Of a DNA stretch of 40,749 nt, positions 1-8,396 are shown piece by piece (within the stretch, counting starts at the first letter, position 1; each line of letters starts with the position of its first letter). Under the pieces are notes generated by a model. The model searched no databases. It saw only the letters and a list, made by a program, of their open reading frames with translations, and was not told where the DNA came from. This stretch comes from Pseudomonadota bacterium (GTDB lineage Bacteria > Bdellovibrionota > FAC87 > UBA2466), in the NCBI GenBank assembly GCA_043767805.1, contig JAYUGC010000018.1, positions 1 to 40,749 of the forward strand, in the 5' to 3' direction. A program made the position numbers and the translations under genes.

Positions 1-37
1 CCCGGAGTGCGAGCGGGGTAAAACGTGTCGTTTCCAT
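1..37 (-). CDS. 5' end of a gene divergent from LysR, running off the window (METTRFTPLALR...); possibly NADH:flavin oxidoreductase (OYE)-like
   Basis: ATG at 37-35 with a -10-like TAAGGT (49-44) just upstream; open frame to the window edge; N-terminus resembles the 'LFTPLTL' start of OYE proteins. Only 12 codons are visible. Confidence 0.45.
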   Translation of the reverse strand, partial: METTRFTPLALR

Positions 38-66
38 TCCCCTACCTTAGGCCTTTGACCGGTATT

Positions 67-110
67 GAAAAAGAAACAGTTCGGACATATATGTTTCGAT
101 TATGGAAATA
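67..110. promoter_or_regulatory. Putative LysR binding region, copy 1 (GAAAAAGAA...GTTTCGA-N4-GGAAATA)
   Basis: Dyad TTTC-N7-GAAA (contains T-N11-A) overlapping the LysR start codon; near-identical architecture at 1876-1919. Confidence 0.65.
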
Positions 111-971
111 TTTGAATTGCGCTATTTCTTGGGCGTGGCCAGAGAAGAAAACCTGCACCGGGCCTCGGAGACGCTAAGGGTCTCTCCGGGCTCGCTAAGC
201 AAGGCCATAAGCCGTCTGGAAGACGAGCTTTCGATTAAGCTGTTTCACCGCGAGGGACGCAACATCCGGCTCACCGATCACGGCCGGCTGCTGCAAAGCC
301 GCGCCTCACAGCTCGTGCAACTCGAAGAGGCCGCGCGCGCTGAGGTGGCCGGGCACGCGGGCGCGCTGCACGCGGTCCTCGCGGGCCCTGAAGTGCTGCT
401 CACCAAGATGGGCCTTTCTCTCACGGAAGAGATTAGAAAACACCATCCCCGCGCCTCGTTCGAGTTCCACGCTACCGACGACGCGGGAGCCCTCGAGGAA
501 GTGGCTCGGGGAGAGGCGCATCTCGCTCTCATCACGGAAGACGTTCCCGCACGAAGGCAGCTCCATTCCAAACCCATCGGCGACGCGAAATTCCAAACCT
601 ACGCTGGGCCCGGACACCCCCTCTACCGCAAAGCAAAAGCCGGGAAAACCATCACGGTTCAGGAAGTGCTGATTCATCCTTTTGTGAGCCCGAGCCATCC
701 GCTTCTGGGCAGAGTGGGCCTCAAGCAGTCCTTAGATGGCTGGCGCGACGATGAGTTCCCGCGTCGCGTGGAGTACCTCACTTCGAGCTTACGGATTTTA
801 GAAGAGCTCCTCGTCACCGGCAAGGCGTTGGCTTACCTTCCCAGCTACTTCTGCGAGGGGCTAGAGGTGGAGCTACTCAAAGTCTCGGGGTGCCCGTACT
901 CCTGCACTCAAAAAGTTAAGCTGGTGGCTCGTAATCCTAAAGCCATAGGCTGGTTGAACAGGCTCTTCTAA
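102..971 (+). CDS. LysR family transcriptional regulator
   Basis: N-terminal HTH 'LRYFLGVAREENLHRASETLRVSPGSLSKAISRLEDEL..LFHREGRNIRLT'; 289 aa. Confidence 0.95.
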   Translation: MEIFELRYFLGVAREENLHRASETLRVSPGSLSKAISRLEDELSIKLFHREGRNIRLTDHGRLLQSRASQLVQLEEAARAEVAGHAGALHAVLAGPEVLLTKMGLSLTEEIRKHHPRASFEFHATDDAGALEEVARGEAHLALITEDVPARRQLHSKPIGDAKFQTYAGPGHPLYRKAKAGKTITVQEVLIHPFVSPSHPLLGRVGLKQSLDGWRDDEFPRRVEYLTSSLRILEELLVTGKALAYLPSYFCEGLEVELLKVSGCPYSCTQKVKLVARNPKAIGWLNRLF

Positions 972-1014
972 GCTCTTCCGTCGAGTAACACCGAATGGTT
1001 CAGCAGCTCCGCGC

Positions 1015-1533
1015 TCAAGGTTTCGACGACAGAGCGTTGGTCTGGTAGTAATGCTTCGCGGGATCGAAGCCACCGAAGATGGTATTGAGCCCCCAAGGGC
1101 GTACGAGCACGAGCTCCGCTTCGTCCAGCTCCAAAATGCGCGCAATACTTACGGGAAAGAAAACGCATTGACGGAGCCTTCCCTCATCGTCAAAGGAGAA
1201 GCGCGGGTGAAGCAGCGCTTGCAGCCCCCGGAACCGAAGCTCGAGGGTCGCGTGCCCTTCGGCCCAGATGCGCACGCCTACCGTCGAGCCGTATTTCACT
1301 AGCTCGGCTTTCAGCGAGTCGGGAGCCACGAGCTCGCCGCTCTCTCCATCGAAGACGAAGCGGGCCATCTCGTCGTTGAGCGTCCCCACTTCGCGGCAGA
1401 TCCCGAGGCTCGCCACCAACGCGGCAAGCTCGGGCTCGTCTCGGAGGGAAACGATCTCCGGGCTCCGGGCGAGCCGGCACCTGAGAACCCGAAGGTCCTC
1501 AGGGGACAGCTCGTAAGGAACGAGACGAGTCAC
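1015..1533 (-). CDS. Hypothetical protein (172 aa), possibly C-terminally truncated
   Basis: GTG start overlaps the stop of the upstream ORF (GTGA, 1530-1533); protein-like composition; no family recognised. Confidence 0.65.
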   Translation of the reverse strand: MTRLVPYELSPEDLRVLRCRLARSPEIVSLRDEPELAALVASLGICREVGTLNDEMARFVFDGESGELVAPDSLKAELVKYGSTVGVRIWAEGHATLELRFRGLQALLHPRFSFDDEGRLRQCVFFPVSIARILELDEAELVLVRPWGLNTIFGGFDPAKHYYQTNALSSKP

Positions 1534-1820
1534 GCCACCGCCTGAAGATCGAGGGCCGCGTGAATGGCGCGAGCCGACGCGCTCACCGCTTCAACGCCGA
1601 CCACGACAGGATCGAAGGCCGCGTTGCGCGCTTTGCACATCCGGGGGATGTTCAGGTAGCTCTGCTTGACGGAAGTGAGCGAAGCCTGATTGATTTGCGC
1701 CGTCTTTTGCTCGGAGGGAACGCCATTCTCGAGAGCCAGCGCGCCGGGGGCCGCGAGAGAGGCTATCGCAAGAGCGCCATTTACCGCAAAGTGAATGCCG
1801 GAACGAACGTTGGATTTCAT
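1530..1820 (-). CDS. Small protein (96 aa) with signal/leader-like N-terminus
   Basis: Strong RBS AAGGAGA before ATG; hydrophobic segment 'FAVNGALAIASLAAPGALA'; coupled to the next gene. Confidence 0.75.
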   Translation of the reverse strand: MKSNVRSGIHFAVNGALAIASLAAPGALALENGVPSEQKTAQINQASLTSVKQSYLNIPRMCKARNAAFDPVVVGVEAVSASARAIHAALDLQAVA

Positions 1821-1875
1821 GTCTTCTCCTTAGAGGGTTTAGTTCCCTAAGAGAGATACCGAGACCGAGGCGAGA

Positions 1876-1919
1876 GAAAAAGAATCGTTTCGTCGGCTTC
1901 CGTTTCGAAATCGGAAATA
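1876..1919. promoter_or_regulatory. Putative LysR binding region, copy 2, upstream of the 1820->1015 operon
   Basis: 29/44 ungapped identity to 67-110, concentrated in GAAAAAGAA, TTCG, GTTTCGA and GGAAATA. Confidence 0.65.
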
Positions 1920-1921
1920 AT

Positions 1922-2569
1922 CTAGGGCTTTCTCGGGGCAGCCAGCTCCGCGCGGGACGCGGCGAGCTGCCTAGTTTGCTCGTCGCACTTGGCAATCCAG
2001 GTGGCGGTCATGACCCGGCTTTTCTTCAGCTCACGGTGCGCTTCGTGCGCGATAGCGGGCGAAGAGGAGCCAGTGAGGGAAAGCGCTTGCAGCTGCGCGT
2101 AACGCTGGCCCCAGTAGGTCTCATCGAGCTTCGCGGCTTCGAGCTCCGCTTCGAAGTAGTGCAGCGTCGCTTCATTGCTACGTAAATCGGCATTCAAGAA
2201 GTCGTCCGTTTTCCCGGCGGCCAGCGCTTCGAGAGAAGCCATTTTCTGCCGAAGAGAGTCCGCATGCTGAGCCCGCCCATTCTCGCGCACTTCGTCCGCT
2301 TCGATTTCCCAGCGAGCTTCCTTGATTGTCGCCGGCGGAACCGATCCCCCAGACGACTCCAGGCGAGCCAGGCGGATTTTTTTCATGGGAGTATCGACCC
2401 GAACGATCTCGATTTCGCCGAGCACATCGATCAGGGCAATGGCCAGCTCGTCGTGTCGATCCTGAACCGAATAACCCGGAAGACCCGCGCGGGCGGAGAG
2501 CACCGAAATGCCACTCGCGCGGGCTAGTCCCGATAAAGCCAAAATTAGAAGGACAATGTAGGTTTTCAT
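1922..2569 (-). CDS. Secreted coiled-coil hypothetical protein
   Basis: Signal peptide MKTYIVLLILALSGLARA; ATGA overlap with hemH stop; helical Ala/Glu/Leu-rich body. Confidence 0.75.
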   Translation of the reverse strand: MKTYIVLLILALSGLARASGISVLSARAGLPGYSVQDRHDELAIALIDVLGEIEIVRVDTPMKKIRLARLESSGGSVPPATIKEARWEIEADEVRENGRAQHADSLRQKMASLEALAAGKTDDFLNADLRSNEATLHYFEAELEAAKLDETYWGQRYAQLQALSLTGSSSPAIAHEAHRELKKSRVMTATWIAKCDEQTRQLAASRAELAAPRKP

Positions 2570-3594
2570 GCCTCACATTCCTTTTGGTAAAGACCGACCA
2601 CGGCGTCCACCCATTTAGGCGAGGCGTTAAGCGAAGGCACCAAGCGAAGCGACTCTCCCCCGCTTTCCAAGAAACTCTCCTTACCGCGGATCGCGATCTC
2701 TTCGAGGGTTTCTAGGCAATCCGCCACGAAGGACGGCGAAGCCACGACCAAACGCTTAACTCCCTGCTTGGGAAGCTCGGTGTATAGCACATCGGAATGC
2801 GGTTTGATCCACGGCGTCCGTCCCAATCGGGACTGGAAAGCGGTGGTGTGTTTTTCCCCCGGGACCCCCAGAAGCGAAGCCAGCCGACGAGAGGTTTCAA
2901 AACATTGCGCCCGATAGCAGTCCCGGTTCTTATCGGTAATGGCCGCGCAGCAAGCGTCGGAGAACTCACAAGCGGCGGGCGCGGTCCGTTTCACCTGGCG
3001 CTCGGGCAGGCCGTGGTAACTGAACACGAGTTTGTCCCACGGCCCTTCGCTCAAGGTACGGCCGATGCGATCGGCGAAGGCGTCCAAAAACATCGAGTCG
3101 TCGTAAAAAGGCCGGATGAACTTCAATTCCGCGGTAAAGACGGCGCGTTTAGCCGCCGCTCTGACTTCCGCTTCGCAGGAGGCGGAGGCCGCCAGCGAGT
3201 ACTGAGGATATAGGGACAGGACTACGAGTTTTTTGAGCGGCGCCTTGGCAAGTCTGAGACGAACAAAACTCTCGTCTAGGGAGGGATTGCCGTAGCGCAT
3301 GCCCAACTCCACGGGGACATCGAAAAGGCGCGCACGAACGCTTTGCTCCAAGTCCCGGCTTAACTTCAAGAGCGGCGAGCCATCCCGGGACCAGACTTTT
3401 TCGTAGAGTTTTCCGGAGCTTTTCGACCGGCCGGGGACGATGAGGGCGTGGACGAGAAAGAAGCGGGCAGGCCACGGGATGTCGATGACGAACGGGTCCA
3501 TTAAGAACTGTTTAAGATAGCGCCCGACATCCTTAGGAGCGGGGCTATCGGGAGTTCCAAGGTTAACTAGTAAGAATCCTGTATCTGCCGGCAC
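2566..3594 (-). CDS. hemH: Ferrochelatase
   Basis: 'LLVNLGTPDSP', 'MRYGNPS', 'LYPQYS', 'FSYHGLP', 'FQSRLGRTPWIKP', 'FVADCLETLEEI'. Confidence 0.97.
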   Translation of the reverse strand: MPADTGFLLVNLGTPDSPAPKDVGRYLKQFLMDPFVIDIPWPARFFLVHALIVPGRSKSSGKLYEKVWSRDGSPLLKLSRDLEQSVRARLFDVPVELGMRYGNPSLDESFVRLRLAKAPLKKLVVLSLYPQYSLAASASCEAEVRAAAKRAVFTAELKFIRPFYDDSMFLDAFADRIGRTLSEGPWDKLVFSYHGLPERQVKRTAPAACEFSDACCAAITDKNRDCYRAQCFETSRRLASLLGVPGEKHTTAFQSRLGRTPWIKPHSDVLYTELPKQGVKRLVVASPSFVADCLETLEEIAIRGKESFLESGGESLRLVPSLNASPKWVDAVVGLYQKECEA

Positions 3595-3667
3595 GGGCGA
3601 ATAATAGTGCCAAGCCGGTCAACTCCCAACCTCAAAAGCCAGCCCGATCTATGGTAAGACCTCTCTC

Positions 3668-4444
3668 GTGAAGCAGAACCCAATCGTGGCAAGTTCAGCC
3701 CGTACGGTGGTCCCTCTAGCGGACGCCATTCTCGGGGCCATGCAGTACACGGGCCCTGCTCTATTCTCCCGGCTACTTAAGGACAGAGCATCCCATGTCC
3801 CGCCTCCCGCGGAAGCGGCACGGTCTCTATTTAAATCGGCCAAGCTCCTCGCCGCCAAAGCCCGGGAAAAAGGGGTCGCGCAGTTTGCGCTCGACGGCCT
3901 TTCCACCGCCAAGGCCGGGGTTAAATTAGCCACCACCGCACCCGCCAAAATCCAAGCCTCCCTCGAGGCGAGCCGCGATTACTTTTTAAAGCTCCCTTCG
4001 GCTCAAGACAAAGCCGAGTACGTGGTAGCGGTCGTCCTCTACCTCATTTCTTTTCTGGGCGGATTCGCCGTCGGCTTTCAAGTCCCGCAGGTCGACTTCA
4101 AAATAAAAGGGCAAGGCGCCCCCGACGACCGCATCGTACTCCACGCCTTCCCCCTCATGGTCGTGGAGCTCGCGACCGATTGGCTCAGCACGGTTTTAGA
4201 CCACGTGCGGGACAGCAAGAATTTAAGCCCCACCGATCACCGGCGTGCGAAAAGCCTCGCGCAGATCGCCCGCAACCTTAAATCCGGCGTACGATCGGGA
4301 GCGGCGACCCTCGCTTGGCAAAAGCGCAATCTCGGGCTCACCCCGCTTCAAAGCGACAAAGACGTCGAAGTCGCCCTTCACAAACAAGCTTTCAATCAGG
4401 CCGAGCAAATCTTTCGGCTACTCACCCAAGGAAAACCAGAGTGA
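3668..4444 (+). CDS. Hypothetical membrane protein
   Basis: 258-aa ORF with one clear TM segment 'YVVAVVLYLISFLGGFAVGF'; GTGA overlap with the next gene. Confidence 0.7.
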   Translation: MKQNPIVASSARTVVPLADAILGAMQYTGPALFSRLLKDRASHVPPPAEAARSLFKSAKLLAAKAREKGVAQFALDGLSTAKAGVKLATTAPAKIQASLEASRDYFLKLPSAQDKAEYVVAVVLYLISFLGGFAVGFQVPQVDFKIKGQGAPDDRIVLHAFPLMVVELATDWLSTVLDHVRDSKNLSPTDHRRAKSLAQIARNLKSGVRSGAATLAWQKRNLGLTPLQSDKDVEVALHKQAFNQAEQIFRLLTQGKPE

Positions 4445-5472
4445 AAACTCAGTGGCTCATTTACGGCGCGAATGGTTACACGGGTGTTCTGGTCACCAAG
4501 GAAGCTCTCAAAGCAGGGATCCGCCCGATTCTGGCCGGACGAAACGCCGACATCATTCGCAAGCTCGCCGAGCCCTTGGGACTTTCCCATCGCGCGTTCG
4601 ATCTCAAAGAGGCTCAAGCCGCCCTCAAAGACGTGGCCGTGGTCCTTCACTGCGCCGGTCCTTTTTCGGCAACAGCGCATCCCATGGTGGAAGCGTGTCT
4701 CGCGACCGGCACTCATTATCTCGACATCACGGGCGAGATCGACGTGCTCGAATGGATTTATCAGCAGGGAACGCGCGCCAAACAAGCCGGGGTCACGCTC
4801 CTGTCCGGAGCGGGCTTTGACGTCGTTCCTTCGGATTGCCTCGCGAAACATTTATCCAATCGGCTACCTAAAGCGGACGAGCTGGAGCTCGCCTTCACCG
4901 GAAGTTCCGCCATCAGTCCCGGCACCATGAAGACCATGGTCGAGAATCTGCACACGGGGGGAAAAATCCGGAAAGACGGCAAGATAGTAACGGTACCCAG
5001 CGCTTACAAGTCGAGATCGGTTCTGGTCGGGACTCAAGTGCGCAAAGTCACCACGATCCCTTGGGGAGATGTCGCCACCGCCTATCACACCACGGGCATT
5101 CCGAACGTCGCCACTTACACGACCGTCCCCGCAATGATGGGCTACATGAAGTTTTTTGCGCCGATTTTATCGACGAAGCCAGTGCAAAAGTTCTTGAAAA
5201 AATGGATCGAGAAAAACGTCCAAGGCCCCGACGAAGCCCAGCGCGCGAAAAGCCGCATGTACCTCTGGGGCAAGGCGAGCCGGAAGAGTGGCGAGTCGGT
5301 GGAAGCTAATTTGGAAATCATCGAAGGCTATAGCTTCACCGCTTTGTCGGCGGTAGCCATCGCCAAGGAAATCGTGTCGGGCCGCCCAGGCCCCGGCGCG
5401 TGGACTCCCGCTGGCGCTTTTGGCGCCGACTTCGTCTTGAAATTCCCCAGCTCCACGCGACGCGACCTCTAG
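4441..5472 (+). CDS. Saccharopine dehydrogenase NADP-binding domain protein (trans-acting enoyl reductase-like)
   Basis: 'IYGANGYTG', 'LAGRN', 'HCAGPFS', 'HYLDITGE', 'GFDVVPSD'; start moved to GTG 4441. Confidence 0.9.
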   Translation: MKTQWLIYGANGYTGVLVTKEALKAGIRPILAGRNADIIRKLAEPLGLSHRAFDLKEAQAALKDVAVVLHCAGPFSATAHPMVEACLATGTHYLDITGEIDVLEWIYQQGTRAKQAGVTLLSGAGFDVVPSDCLAKHLSNRLPKADELELAFTGSSAISPGTMKTMVENLHTGGKIRKDGKIVTVPSAYKSRSVLVGTQVRKVTTIPWGDVATAYHTTGIPNVATYTTVPAMMGYMKFFAPILSTKPVQKFLKKWIEKNVQGPDEAQRAKSRMYLWGKASRKSGESVEANLEIIEGYSFTALSAVAIAKEIVSGRPGPGAWTPAGAFGADFVLKFPSSTRRDL

Positions 5473-5664
5473 CGGACCACGAAGCCTGGCCGAAATAGCG
5501 GCGTCACCTCGCCAAAAGAGCCTAAGTCTTAAACACCCATAGGAACTCTATTTATTGCGCCTTCTTATCCTCGCCGAGTCAGCGGACCGCCCAAAGCCCA
5601 GTCAAACCTCACCTGAAAGGCCCCTATTTACGTTCATAAATTCAGAGAGATGGGGTCCCAATCG

Positions 5665-5680
5665 CGGCACGGCCGTTGCT
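5665..5680 (+). promoter_or_regulatory. Sigma54 -24/-12 promoter
   Basis: CGGCAC-GGCCG-TTGCT with correct spacing, 13 nt upstream of ATG 5694. Confidence 0.7.
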
Positions 5681-5693
5681 TTATCTCTCCCAT

Positions 5694-6158
5694 ATGCGTT
5701 GGCTCGTTCTCATTTTCATAGCTCTCGGCGCCACGGTAGTGGCGAAGGGTGAGTCCGATCTCGCGACGAAGAAATACGAAGCGTGTAAGGAGCTCACAGG
5801 ACTGAAGCTCCAGGTCTGTCAGAGCGAGGAGTTCTCGAAAGCTCGGCTTACCGCCGGTAGCGAGGAAGACGCTTACGCGCAAAGCACTCAGCAAAACGGC
5901 GCGGCGGTTCCAGCCCAATGGTACAACGCGCCCTCCGCCAACGACGGCCGAAGCGGCGGCTCGCTCGTCGATTGCGGCGCCGAGCAAAACAAATGCATTA
6001 AGACCTGTGCCGGCAACGGCGAATGCACGCAGAAGTGCTACCAAGCCATCGTCGGCTGCGCGGGCGGGGCGGTTGGCGGCACTTCTATTTCTCAATCGGA
6101 AGCTCCCGACGGCTACATTATCGATTTCGATGACAAGGTTTCAAAGACCGCGCCTTGA
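5694..6158 (+). CDS. Secreted Cys-rich hypothetical protein
   Basis: Signal peptide MRWLVLIFIALGATVVA; 8 Cys including Cx6Cx3Cx5Cx3Cx6C. Confidence 0.75.
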   Translation: MRWLVLIFIALGATVVAKGESDLATKKYEACKELTGLKLQVCQSEEFSKARLTAGSEEDAYAQSTQQNGAAVPAQWYNAPSANDGRSGGSLVDCGAEQNKCIKTCAGNGECTQKCYQAIVGCAGGAVGGTSISQSEAPDGYIIDFDDKVSKTAP

Positions 6159-6200
6159 GGCGGTTGAGTTCCCCCCTTTAGTCCGATAAAGTTTGGCGCG

Positions 6201-8060
6201 ATGGCCAACGTAATCATCGACGAAAAAAACCGGAACAAAGAAGAAATCGAGGCGATGGAAGTCGCCGAAGCCTCGCGAGAGCAAAGCTGGGATCACCCGA
6301 GCTTCGTCGCGGACTTGTTCATGGGAAAGCTGCGTACCTCCATGGTGCTGCCCTTCCCCGAACAGTCGGAAGCCGACCGCAAGACTGGCGATGCCTATTG
6401 CGCGAGGGTCGAGGCCTTCTTTAAAACCAAAGTCGATCCGGATCAGATCAACCGCGACAGCCAAATCCCGGACTCCGTCATGAAGGGCCTCGCCGAGCTC
6501 GGCGCGTTCGGCATGAAAATCCCGAAAGAGTACGGCGGCGTCGGCCTCTCCCAGGTGAATTACCTGAGAGCCCTCGCCATCATCGGCTCCTATTGCGGCT
6601 CGACGGCGGGAATGCTCTCCGCCCATCAAAGCATCGGCGTTCCCCAGCCGCTTCTCCTCTTCGGAACCGACGAGCAGAAGAAAGCGTATCTTCCGCGCCT
6701 CGCCAAAGGAGCGATCTCGGCGTTTGCCCTGACCGAGCCCGAAGTCGGCTCGGATCCGGCACGCCTCAGCACGAAAGCCACCGCGGTCGACGGCGGAAGC
6801 CACTACGTTTTGAACGGCAAAAAACTCTGGTGCACCAACGGTGCTATCGCGGAGCTCATCGTGGTGATGGCGGAGACGCCACCTATCGTGGTGCGCGGCA
6901 AAGAGAAGAAGCAGATCACCGCGTTTATCGTCGAGACCAATAGCCCCGGGTTCAAGGTCCTCCACCGTTGCAAGTTCATGGGGCTGAACGGCATCCAGAA
7001 CGCGCTGCTCGAGTTCAAGGACGTCAAAGTTCCCAAAGAAAACATCATCTGGGGTGCGGGGAAAGGCTTGAAGCTCGCTCTCGTCACGCTAAACGCGGGC
7101 CGCTTGAGCCTTCCGGCCATCGCCATCGGCGGAGGACGCGCCGTCCTCGAAAAATCCCGCGAATGGGGCAACAAACGCGTGCAATGGGGCGCTCCCGTCG
7201 GCAAGCACGAAGCTGGCGCGGCGAAGCTCGCCCGTTTTAGCTCCGCTCTCATGGCCATCGAGGCCATCACCTGGCTTGCCGCCGCCTGGGTCGACCGAAA
7301 AACCCAAGACGTCCGCATGGAAGCGGCCATGGCGAAGTACTTCGCGAGTCTTCACGGCCACGACATGGTCGACAACTGCCTGCAGCTCAAAGGCGGACGC
7401 GGGTACGAAACGGCCGACTCCTTGAAAGCTCGCGGCGAAGAGCCCGTCCCCATCGAGCGCTGGTACCGCGATTCCCGCATCAATCAGATCGTCGAGGGCA
7501 CGAACGAGATCATGACGCTGTTTCTCTCGCGAGAAGCGCTCGATCAGCATTTGAAAATAGCTGGCGACGTCATGGATAGCCGCCTGCCTTTCGGCCGACG
7601 GCTCGTGGCCGCGCTCAAAGCGGGTTGCTTCTACGCGCTTTGGTATCCGCGCCAGTGGTTGCATTTTAGTTTCTGGCCGCGGTTCTCCTCGCTTGGGCCC
7701 TTAGGTTGTCACATGCGTTTCGTGAACCGCATGACTCACCGTTTGGCGCGCACCACGTTTCATCAGATGGCCCTGAACGGCCCCAAGCTCGAAAAAAAGC
7801 AGCGGCAGCTCGGCCGGCTCGTGCACATCGCGATGGATCTGTACGCCATGGCCGCGATCATCGGGTACGCCCGGGCCAAGGACAAACAACGAGACAAATT
7901 TCCGAACGCCGTGGAATCGGCCTCTCTTTTTTGTAGAGACGCGCGAGCCCGCGTTCGCGCCGCTTTTCGTGAAGTCTGCTGCAACCACGATGCCGCGGCG
8001 TACCGACTCGGCAAGAAAGTCCTCGAGGGAAAAATCCTCTGGCAGGAAACGAGTCGCTAG
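6201..8060 (+). CDS. Acyl-CoA dehydrogenase (VLCAD/ACAD9-like)
   Basis: 'IPKEYGGVGL', 'AFALTEPEVGSD', 'LNGKKLWCTNG', 'YRDSRINQIVEGTNEI'. Confidence 0.95.
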   Translation: MANVIIDEKNRNKEEIEAMEVAEASREQSWDHPSFVADLFMGKLRTSMVLPFPEQSEADRKTGDAYCARVEAFFKTKVDPDQINRDSQIPDSVMKGLAELGAFGMKIPKEYGGVGLSQVNYLRALAIIGSYCGSTAGMLSAHQSIGVPQPLLLFGTDEQKKAYLPRLAKGAISAFALTEPEVGSDPARLSTKATAVDGGSHYVLNGKKLWCTNGAIAELIVVMAETPPIVVRGKEKKQITAFIVETNSPGFKVLHRCKFMGLNGIQNALLEFKDVKVPKENIIWGAGKGLKLALVTLNAGRLSLPAIAIGGGRAVLEKSREWGNKRVQWGAPVGKHEAGAAKLARFSSALMAIEAITWLAAAWVDRKTQDVRMEAAMAKYFASLHGHDMVDNCLQLKGGRGYETADSLKARGEEPVPIERWYRDSRINQIVEGTNEIMTLFLSREALDQHLKIAGDVMDSRLPFGRRLVAALKAGCFYALWYPRQWLHFSFWPRFSSLGPLGCHMRFVNRMTHRLARTTFHQMALNGPKLEKKQRQLGRLVHIAMDLYAMAAIIGYARAKDKQRDKFPNAVESASLFCRDARARVRAAFREVCCNHDAAAYRLGKKVLEGKILWQETSR

Positions 8061-8396
8061 TAGGGAGAAAGCTCGCGAAGTCCGATGCTTGCCGCAGGGC
8101 GAAGCGGGACATCCCATTCGAGAACCTGATCGCCGCATCATTTTGCCGCCGATGACATCGAGAAACGACGCGTTGTCTCTTACAAATACCAAGGCTTAAC
8201 GGGTGTTCGCGAGGGAACGGTTGGAATTTCCGTTGGCAGACCCCCCCTGGCACAATAGTACAGATCCGCGAGTGCCTTTTTAAGGTTCCCAGTAGTCACG
8301 CCAAAAGGGATGATTCCCCTTCGGTGACGACGAGATTCCCAGGGTTGGGGATGACGGGAAACCGAAGGGCTTTAGTAGGGTCTCAGGGGGATTACA

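Noticed and set aside
4315..4440. Longer start for the saccharopine-dehydrogenase-like gene
   Set aside because: Overlaps the upstream CDS; the Rossmann motif begins right after GTG 4441.
8248..8263. Sigma54 promoter for the adhesin (TGGCAC AATAG TACAG)
   Set aside because: The -12 element lacks the conserved GC.
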